This document shows, piece after piece, positions 56,387-64,000 of a stretch of DNA of 64,000 bases (its first letter is position 1; every line of letters begins with the position of its first letter). The stretch lies in the IMG/VR virus record IMGVR_UViG_3300010352_001543; one strand, written 5' to 3'. The position numbers were made by a program, and so were the translations under genes. Source of the DNA: a virus. Lineage: Duplodnaviria; Caudoviricetes. The notes under the pieces were generated by a model. It was not told the DNA's origin. It searched no databases and saw only the letters and a list, made by a program, of their open reading frames with translations.

Positions 56387-58237
56387 CTATTTCTGATTCA
56401 ACTCTTTTAATAAATCGCTATAGAAAAATCCTTGTGGGTCTTCTTCTCTAATTTTTTTCAGTAATTTATTTGGATCAACTCCATAGGATTGTCGATAACT
56501 TTCTTCGAATATTTCAGTGACCATTTCATGAAAAATTTCATTTTCGAACATCGGTATAGTATTTAGAATAGACATACAAATATCATCATTACCTGTTCCT
56601 GAAACATATTCACCTTTTTCATTGATACCAAAACTTATTAATTCATCTATAGTGTTTTCTTCATATATTTTAATCTTCTTATTACTTATATATCTCTTCA
56701 AAGTATTAAAATATATCTTTTTATTTCCTCTATCAATTCTTACTCCTATTTTAGGAGGCTTTTTAGTGGCACTATGTTTAGTCCTCATATAAATACATTC
56801 TTTGTACTTGGAGTTTGATTTCAGAACATTATTGACCACTTGCCATCTGAAATCATTTACTTCGACAACTAAAATAACATTTTGTTGGTCCAAATATTTA
56901 TATAAGAAATCAGTCAGCCCTTCACCAAATTTATCAAGGTCAATTATATTGGACCTCCAAATTCCGAGCTGTTGTAAACCGAAAAAACTATATTCATCAT
57001 CTATTACCATCTTTGGATTTTTCAACTGGGCTGGACTCATAGGAGATATCCGGAAAATAGAAGCAACTGTATAATCCTTTCCAATACCATCGGCAAAGTC
57101 AATTGAAATAACTAATTTATAATCATTGTCAAATTTATCGAATGGTATATTGGGATTGAATTTTAAATATTGAAGCCAATCATTATTCACGTTTCTGTAC
57201 AGTGATGGGTCGGTTGATGAAATAAATTTTGTTTTGATTTTTGTCAAAAAACGTTGATCGTAAATTTCAACGGAACCGTCACTCTCATTATAAATCTTAT
57301 TTCCATACTCTTGTTCGAATGCCGCTACGGAGCCCAGATTCCTAATCATGTTATTTTTCCATGCTTCGTCTCTTCCGGGTACTTCCCACCAATCCACTTG
57401 ATGCGGAATGAAACTATTTTCCTTTTTCTTAGCGGCTATGAATATTTTAGCAAATTGATTATAACCATTAACAGTTGAAGCAATAATAAATTTAAAATTG
57501 TCCTGTCCCGATAGTGTTGGGAGAAGAGAAGTATAAAATTCTTCCGCTATTGATTCTTTTACGAATGCAAATTCATCTGTAAAAAGTAGATTAACAGGAA
57601 ATGAACGCCCAGAATCTGCAGTAGTGGTACTACCCTGTATATGTGAAGCATTGTCATAAGACATAGATTTTATTGCTTTCTGAATTATACCTGGTTTTAG
57701 AAAGAATGGTAATTTTTCATAAAGTAGATGTATATTTCTTAAAGTCTGGTACATGCCCATTTCTTTATGCGCTGTAGTAAGGCAAAATCGATTATTATGA
57801 AAATTCATGTACCATGACATAAATATGGCAATTATTGTTGTTTTACCCGACTGCCGGCTAGAAAGTATAATATTCATGTCCTCTTCTTGCAACGCCTTAA
57901 GTATTCGTTTTTGGTAATCTCTTAATGGAATTTTAAATACTTTACCAGAATTGGTGATAAAACAATAATGCTCTGCATAGTACAGAACATCATTTTTACA
58001 CCTAATAAATTCTTCAATTTCAGTAGGAGTTAACTCAAATAAAATATTACCTTTTCGAAGGTCATTCTTCCCTTCGAAGAAGGGAGTGGGTCCTTTTATG
58101 GATTCCCTTCTTTTTATTTTTTCTAATAATTGATTAACTTGTTTGGTGTCCCAAATTATATCATTATTATATTCTATTTCTTGTTTTTCGTCTTTATACT
58201 CTATAAGTTCAAGACTACTTCCAAAATTATTCTTCAT
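56387..58237 (-). CDS. terminase large subunit (gp17-like)
   Basis: LRDYQ, SRQSGKTT, FTDEFAF, ASTVNG.N.F, WWEVPGRD, IDFADGIGKDY, NDD. Confidence 0.95.
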   Translation of the reverse strand: MKNNFGSSLELIEYKDEKQEIEYNNDIIWDTKQVNQLLEKIKRRESIKGPTPFFEGKNDLRKGNILFELTPTEIEEFIRCKNDVLYYAEHYCFITNSGKVFKIPLRDYQKRILKALQEEDMNIILSSRQSGKTTIIAIFMSWYMNFHNNRFCLTTAHKEMGMYQTLRNIHLLYEKLPFFLKPGIIQKAIKSMSYDNASHIQGSTTTADSGRSFPVNLLFTDEFAFVKESIAEEFYTSLLPTLSGQDNFKFIIASTVNGYNQFAKIFIAAKKKENSFIPHQVDWWEVPGRDEAWKNNMIRNLGSVAAFEQEYGNKIYNESDGSVEIYDQRFLTKIKTKFISSTDPSLYRNVNNDWLQYLKFNPNIPFDKFDNDYKLVISIDFADGIGKDYTVASIFRISPMSPAQLKNPKMVIDDEYSFFGLQQLGIWRSNIIDLDKFGEGLTDFLYKYLDQQNVILVVEVNDFRWQVVNNVLKSNSKYKECIYMRTKHSATKKPPKIGVRIDRGNKKIYFNTLKRYISNKKIKIYEENTIDELISFGINEKGEYVSGTGNDDICMSILNTIPMFENEIFHEMVTEIFEESYRQSYGVDPNKLLKKIREEDPQGFFYSDLLKELNQK

Positions 58238-58864
58238 TTACATGGAATTTTCTTTTACTTCGTACATCTCGATAAGTTCGGACGACGATAATATTAATCT
58301 GTCTTTTTTGACATCTGAAATCTGATTAGTTTTACCTCCACCTGATTCAGAATCTAATGTTTTAAAATAATATTTATAGAAATCTTCCATGATTCGTTCT
58401 ATTTGTATTATATGACGAATTATTTCTAAGACAGATTGTTGAAGGTTTCTTATTCCTTCATAATTTCTAAAATATAGTTGATCAGATAATATATTTTCAA
58501 TTAACTTCTGAGTTGATATTTTTGCAATTTTAGACTGAAATTTAAGGTCCGATAAAATTTCTTGGTCCTCTTTCATTTTCGAAATAATATAAAAGTCGGT
58601 TGATAATTGGTCTAAATAATTTTTACCGTAAAATTGAACAATATCTTTTAAAAAAATTGCTGATTCTTTTTTACAATCTTCTTCAAGCTGATTAATATCA
58701 ACTATAATATTCTTTTTATCTTCAATAATTTTAGTGTCACTGCATATGTCGATACTTTCCATCTCATCCTGAATATTAGCAATGATATCATCAATTTGTA
58801 ATTTCTTATCTAACTCATGTTGTAACAGTGAATCAGAAACTGATCTATTTTTTTTGGTCTTCAT
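58238..58864 (-). CDS. putative terminase small subunit (gp16-like)
   Basis: Immediately upstream of TerL; RNYE helix and C-terminal SSSELIEM pattern. Confidence 0.5.
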   Translation of the reverse strand: MKTKKNRSVSDSLLQHELDKKLQIDDIIANIQDEMESIDICSDTKIIEDKKNIIVDINQLEEDCKKESAIFLKDIVQFYGKNYLDQLSTDFYIISKMKEDQEILSDLKFQSKIAKISTQKLIENILSDQLYFRNYEGIRNLQQSVLEIIRHIIQIERIMEDFYKYYFKTLDSESGGGKTNQISDVKKDRLILSSSELIEMYEVKENSM

Positions 58865-58865
58865 T

Positions 58866-60839
58866 TTATTTAGCAGATCCTATATATGGTAGTGAATTTT
58901 TCTGTTCACAGTTATCAATAATTAAACATTTAGATGAATCAGATACTAAAATTTGATTTAAAAAGATTGAATGCTTCTCCTCTATTATAGTAGAATTCAA
59001 CCATCTAATATTTGTCATAATCAATGGACTTGCAAGGATAAACATCTCATTGTTTCCATATATTATGGAACGGTCAACCTCATCGAAAATATCTAAACTA
59101 CAATTAAATGTTTCCACCAATTTCAAATCATTTTTGTTTTCTTGAGGAGTGTAAATATAGTAACTAAATTGATTCAGCTCATGGGATATTGTTAAAATAA
59201 TAGAATACCATTTACCAAACTCCAGTGGGTTGGCCAAAGTGAAAGTTTGAATGTAATCATCAAATCTGATACGTAGGTTCTGATAATTTATTAAATCGAT
59301 TGAAAATCCTCTATGATCTTGAATGTTACCGATAAAGTTATCAACTATTATTTTTTCAAAGAATAAATTAGTGAAAGATTGCCAATCCGGAACATCAGTT
59401 GTAATAGAGGTATAATCAGTATCAAACTCCCAAACTGCTTTTATCTGTTCTCTATCAAAAAGTATTTCAGTTATAATAACATTGAAACTAAAAGTATTGT
59501 CCTTCTTGTAAATTTTAACCAAATCTCCGACCCTGAAATTAGTAGGTAAATTGTATTCAAAATCAAGAATAATTTCATCCCTTGTAGCAACTACTGAAAT
59601 AATTGGTTTTGAATATTTCTTCTCTTCTTTCAAGTAAAACCAATTGGTAAGGGTTCGGGTATTCAATTCAGTTATCTGTTCTTTAATATTATAGAAAACA
59701 CAAGGTATTCTTCCATCTTCTATATAAATTCTATTAAAGTCATAGTAGTTATGTGATACTATAATATCATCATTCATTAATTCATAGTCCGTTACCAATT
59801 TAGTATTGAAATTTTCTTTATATAACATAACAGGATCAAATCTATTGCTTTTAATAGTGAGTTGTTTTCTGTTGGTAGCATCCATCATCTCTTCTTTAAT
59901 ATCCATTCCTAAAAGTTCAGTAAAACTGGTAGCAGCGTTATCAAATTGCTCCATTGTTTCGGGAGAACCGGAAATATATGACTTCTTGGTGAACTTAACT
60001 AAGTTACATTTGTAATATACCGGTTTGTTCATAAACGACCTAACCAATTCACAGTCGAGAATCAAATAAAATCTATCCATTCTATCAATGAACAACGCGT
60101 CATCTGTTTGTGGCCGTTGATTGACACCAAACTCTTGCTCAAAATAATTTTTGTCTATATGAATCTCAAATGGTTGTTCAAAATTAACACCTTCGATAGG
60201 TGAAATTGTCCAAGAGGGATCCGGAAATGAATTATCAGGTAGCATAATCTTAATATGCTTACCATCTCTATAATTCATCAGTCCCCACTCCATTAAAAGT
60301 GAATCCTTTGATTCATAAATTGGGTCAGCCTTGTAGTATGCTACATTATGTCCGAATAATTCATTAACATAGTATGACATCTGACGATTCAAATCAAATG
60401 TTTTTATTTGATTATAAATATCAAATGTTGAATGAAATGTTTCGATAGGTTTATATCTAGATTCTTCTTGAAGAACCTCATAGACCTGATTTGGCATTTC
60501 CTCAAATTTATCCGGTATCAAAGTAAGACCTAAGCTAACAGAAGAATATTCAAAGTAGCCGGAGGTTCCTCCTAACTGAAATTTAAAATCCAACCAAAAT
60601 TCAAATTGGTCTTTGCCTTGAAGCAAAGCATTAATTTCATTAAGTTTAGTAGTTGTTAGTTCTAACCAATCACTAAAACTTGAAAAATTTATGGAATAAC
60701 GAAAATATTTCAAGACTACTACACTCGGTGCTGATTTAGTGATAATATCATCAACAGAATCAAATGTTGCCACGTTCCGGTAACTTTGTTGGTTCCTGAC
60801 TACTAAATAATCTCCAATATTCTCTACTTTGATGGACAT
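58866..60839 (-). CDS. neck/head-closure protein (gp14-like core) with extra domains
   Basis: FGHNVAYY...F...RP..DD.LF......Y.I...Y.C.L core plus N- and C-terminal extensions. Confidence 0.5.
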   Translation of the reverse strand: MSIKVENIGDYLVVRNQQSYRNVATFDSVDDIITKSAPSVVVLKYFRYSINFSSFSDWLELTTTKLNEINALLQGKDQFEFWLDFKFQLGGTSGYFEYSSVSLGLTLIPDKFEEMPNQVYEVLQEESRYKPIETFHSTFDIYNQIKTFDLNRQMSYYVNELFGHNVAYYKADPIYESKDSLLMEWGLMNYRDGKHIKIMLPDNSFPDPSWTISPIEGVNFEQPFEIHIDKNYFEQEFGVNQRPQTDDALFIDRMDRFYLILDCELVRSFMNKPVYYKCNLVKFTKKSYISGSPETMEQFDNAATSFTELLGMDIKEEMMDATNRKQLTIKSNRFDPVMLYKENFNTKLVTDYELMNDDIIVSHNYYDFNRIYIEDGRIPCVFYNIKEQITELNTRTLTNWFYLKEEKKYSKPIISVVATRDEIILDFEYNLPTNFRVGDLVKIYKKDNTFSFNVIITEILFDREQIKAVWEFDTDYTSITTDVPDWQSFTNLFFEKIIVDNFIGNIQDHRGFSIDLINYQNLRIRFDDYIQTFTLANPLEFGKWYSIILTISHELNQFSYYIYTPQENKNDLKLVETFNCSLDIFDEVDRSIIYGNNEMFILASPLIMTNIRWLNSTIIEEKHSIFLNQILVSDSSKCLIIDNCEQKNSLPYIGSAK

Positions 60840-61388
60840 TTATTCTTTCTTATTTTTTTGGTTAACTTTTGTTTTCTCCCAATCTAACAAACCTTGAAGC
60901 TCATCCAATTTATTTTTGGTATTTTCCGAATCCAATAATAAACCGTCTGTCAAATCTTTAGAGGAACATTCATATACCTTTATATATAATGCTATCAATT
61001 CTTTGTCTAATTTATCGGTATTTGAACCAATGTCTATACTGAAATTTTTATTGACTTTAGTATAGAACCAACCAGGTGTAGCATTGTACAATTTTCTTAA
61101 AGTATATACCCAATAATCAACCACTGCTGAAGTGTTCATATTCATTCTATTTACTACTGCAGCATGAATCGGATATTGAATGGCCATAAACCGGTTTAAT
61201 ATAAAATATGCTTTGTCCTTATCTTTGTTGGTCAGGAGACTATATTCTTTTGGCTTCCAAGCAACATCTAAAATTTTCTGAACCGGGAAGACCTTTTTCT
61301 TTTTTTCAACAGCTGCTACTGGTTTCTTTGCCGCTGATTTACTTTTAATAAATTTATTATCAGAAGTTACTACTTTTTTACTAAACAT
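60840..61388 (-). CDS. clamp loader small subunit (gp62-like)
   Basis: YFILNRFM....A..N...W.......I..Y...S pattern. Confidence 0.55.
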   Translation of the reverse strand: MFSKKVVTSDNKFIKSKSAAKKPVAAVEKKKKVFPVQKILDVAWKPKEYSLLTNKDKDKAYFILNRFMAIQYPIHAAVVNRMNMNTSAVVDYWVYTLRKLYNATPGWFYTKVNKNFSIDIGSNTDKLDKELIALYIKVYECSSKDLTDGLLLDSENTKNKLDELQGLLDWEKTKVNQKNKKE

Positions 61389-61395
61389 TTTTTCT

Positions 61396-62547
61396 CTACG
61401 CGTAAATTGTTATTGATTTTTCTTGGACGTCCAAACCAAGATCTTTATAGAATTGTTCTTTTTTATACCTACCTAATTTCAAATATTGTTCTGAACATAA
61501 TTGATTTTTTATATGTTCCAATACTTTCGGAAGAAGGTCTTTTGGATAACTATCTCTCGAAAGATAAATCAACCTTGTATTCATCGCTAAATTTTCCTTT
61601 AATAGATTCATATCAATATTACTCTTTGACCTGCTCTCAAAAAGAATTTTAATAGTTTCTAAAAGTTGAGCATCTTGACTTACTAAACGGCTAAGAGAAA
61701 AATTGGGTTGTTCTATTACATCTTCATGAAATTTCTTTGTTACCCTTTTATCCCTGGAACCGTTTTTACCTTTCCAAACATAACAGCTAAAAATATTGTC
61801 GGATGAATCTCCTAAAAATATTTTCTCCGTTACTATTGTTTCTGGATAAATTTCATAAAGAGTGATAGTCTTATTAAGAATCTTTTTAATTAAATTGGAA
61901 TTGTCTTCCACCTGATGTTTGAAAAAGTCTTCAGAGAAAATATCAAAACATTTATTTTCTTTTTGACTTGTTTCATGTTTCTCCAAAGCTGACAAGGTTC
62001 CTGGAACCACACAAAGACGTTTATTATTAAATATAAATTGAAGGTATATTACAAAATTTAATTTTTCATTATCAAATTTAATCAACTGAATCAAGTCATT
62101 GTCATTTCCAATAATTAAAGTATTATCACCATTTCTGAAAAAATAGTCCGACCAAAAATAAATTAAGTCATCCGCTTCCATTGATTCACATCTACTAACC
62201 AGAATACCATTACTTGTTGACACTTCAGATATTCTTCTGACTGTCTCGTCCCAAGTTTTATAAATGGCTTCCCACTTTTCTTTGTCTTCCGGTTTCTTAA
62301 TCCGATTGCCTTTATAAGAAGTTGAAATATTTTTTCTCCATGACCTATCATCCAAACAAAGAATTATTCTATCCACGTCATCAAACAATAAAATAATCCG
62401 GTTAAGATCCTTTATAAATTTATCAAAGAAAAGATCAAAGAACTCTTCCGTGGTAGGAACTTTCTTTTTAGTATCGAAAATAAGATTTGTGACATGGTAT
62501 GTTTGGTGGAGAAGGAAACTTCCATCAATAATAATATTCTGTTTCAT
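61396..62547 (-). CDS. rnh: RNase H / 5'-3' flap exonuclease (T4 rnh-like)
   Basis: IIDGS, SWRK...YKGNR, EADDLI, DNDLIQL, GDSSDNI. Confidence 0.9.
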   Translation of the reverse strand: MKQNIIIDGSFLLHQTYHVTNLIFDTKKKVPTTEEFFDLFFDKFIKDLNRIILLFDDVDRIILCLDDRSWRKNISTSYKGNRIKKPEDKEKWEAIYKTWDETVRRISEVSTSNGILVSRCESMEADDLIYFWSDYFFRNGDNTLIIGNDNDLIQLIKFDNEKLNFVIYLQFIFNNKRLCVVPGTLSALEKHETSQKENKCFDIFSEDFFKHQVEDNSNLIKKILNKTITLYEIYPETIVTEKIFLGDSSDNIFSCYVWKGKNGSRDKRVTKKFHEDVIEQPNFSLSRLVSQDAQLLETIKILFESRSKSNIDMNLLKENLAMNTRLIYLSRDSYPKDLLPKVLEHIKNQLCSEQYLKLGRYKKEQFYKDLGLDVQEKSITIYA

Positions 62548-62856
62548 TTACTCACCATCTGAAATTGGAAGTGAAGAACATTTTACACCTTTTGTAGCGA
62601 ATGTTTGAAGACTTTCTTTTTCATCGAAAATATCTTCAACAACAGTTATTGTTATTTTTCCGTTTTGTACTTCAAAATAGCAGTAGTCAGGAACCCTGAA
62701 GGATTCTCTCTCAGGTGTTGTTGGAACAAGCTCTTTTAGATAGAGGCCTTGTTCGTTTTTAATGATCTTGAACTTGTCAAGGTTGAAGGAAATTGAAATC
62801 ATATGATTTTGTCTCAAAAATGTTGTTAAATATATTTTAGTTTTTATACTCATCAA
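62548..62856 (-). CDS. hypothetical protein
   Basis: 102-aa ORF abutting the rnh start. Confidence 0.4.
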   Translation of the reverse strand: MMSIKTKIYLTTFLRQNHMISISFNLDKFKIIKNEQGLYLKELVPTTPERESFRVPDYCYFEVQNGKITITVVEDIFDEKESLQTFATKGVKCSSLPISDGE

Positions 62857-63060
62857 AAGAAGAAAAATAAAAAGAATTAAAGAATAAATTCAAAGAGCAA
62901 TTGTCGATGTGAAAAGAATCCATTCAAAGACTAACATCCATCGAAAGAACAATTGTTGTTGTCGCAACTATAATTTATTATAATATTATAATATATTTTG
63001 AATGATTAGCATTACTAATTATTTATACATAGTTTTTAATCACTTTGTAACAAGAATTTT

Positions 63061-63090
63061 AAAAATAATTGAAAATAATTGAAAATAATT
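63061..63090. repeat. three tandem 10-bp repeats (a/g)aaaataatt
   Basis: aaaaataatt gaaaataatt gaaaataatt. Confidence 0.8.
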
Positions 63091-63296
63091 TGTAACTACT
63101 TTGATTCAAACAAAACTAAAAATAAAAATATTTTTACTTTAATTTATACAACCAATATTGTAAAAACTAAATAATAATCTTAAATATATATTATTAGTTT
63201 TCATAACACATTTTTTAAATCATTTTATGAAAATTTTTGTTTTAATATATATTATATAAGAAAAATATTAAATAGTTTATATAAAAGTAACAATTC

Positions 63297-64000
63297 ATGG
63301 TCCAAGTAGAACAACATATAGTTAAAAAATCCAACAAGAACACCGAATGGCAAGTGATTGACCATTTAGCATTCCTATCGAAAAACTTGTACAATACCTG
63401 CCTTTGGACCACCAAGAATCATTTTGAAGCAACCGGCAAGTGGATGAGGTACAGTGAAATGTATAAAAAGTTCTACAATGAGCAGAATCCTTCTTTCATT
63501 GCTCTTCCAGCTGCAACTGCTCAGCAGATCATGATGGTGATGGACAAGAACATGAAGAGCTATTTTGCTTTACTAAAAATGTATAAAAAGAACAAGAAAT
63601 CATTAAACGGATGCCCAAAGTTTCCTAAATACAAAGACAGTTTGGACGGCAGAAATATACTTATTTTTACTTCTCAACAAATGAGGCTACAAAAAGATGA
63701 GACAATTAATTTTCCAAAGAAAACTGACCTAAGACCACTAAAGACTAAAATTCCAGCTGGAAGCCTGAAACAAGTAAGAATAGTACCACAGTCCAGTTGC
63801 TATATCATTGAGGTTGTCTATGAAAAAGAAGTAGTACAAGCATTTCCACCTAATGATTCCTGGTTGTCTATCGACCTTGGAGTCAATAACTTAATGACCT
63901 GTTTCGATACTGTTTCCATCAAACCAACAATCATTAATGGTAAACCACTCAAATCCATCAACCAATTCTACAACAAGAAACATGCTAAACTACAATCACA
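63297..64000 (+). mobile_element. tnpB: IS200/IS605-family TnpB (RNA-guided nuclease), 5' part only; runs off the right edge
   Basis: Manual translation MVQVEQHIVK...SKNLYN...AQQ...PKFPKYK...VRIVP...IEVVY...SIDLGVNNL (RuvC-I)...NGKPLKSINQFYNK. Confidence 0.9.

Noticed and set aside
56387-58237. Inteins or introns in terminase, helicase, UvsX or primase
   Set aside because: Normal lengths and continuous motifs; no splice-junction signatures
1544-62351. Numerous short plus-strand ORFs (60-154 aa)
   Set aside because: Nearly all lie antisense to well-supported minus-strand genes and have no recognisable motifs
1-64000. Stop-codon reassignment as in some megaphages
   Set aside because: Core genes are full length and tightly packed in the standard code

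Overview
AT-rich 64-kb core segment of a large T4-like (jumbo-type) myophage genome, read in the standard genetic code. Every gene is on the minus strand except a partial IS200/IS605 tnpB at the right edge. Replication and recombination genes: UvsW, UvsY, primase, SSB, RuvC-like resolvase, gp46/gp47, gp41 helicase, UvsX, the C-terminal half of a split family-B polymerase, sliding clamp, clamp-loader small subunit, RNase H, a DnaQ-like exonuclease and dUTPase. Late-transcription factors are gp55- and gp33-like. Virion genes include terminase, a 1233-aa tail sheath, neck, baseplate and tail-completion proteins. Best-supported surprise: the type II topoisomerase GyrB-like subunit is a fractured gene, broken inside its TOPRIM DxD motif by a naturally split intein. 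A free-standing Vsr-like endonuclease lies between the halves, and its ribosome-binding region sits in a hairpin that contains a late-promoter-like motif. Other notable items: an island of collagen-like fibres, an LRR adhesin and a methyltransferase-glycosyltransferase (possible virion glycosylation); a candidate -1 frameshift at UUUUUUA in a cement-like gene; an S1-like/amidoligase/ATP-grasp trio; an RNA-ligase-nucleotidyltransferase fusion; and two recurrent promoter motifs. All family calls come from recognising motifs by eye; no searches were run.
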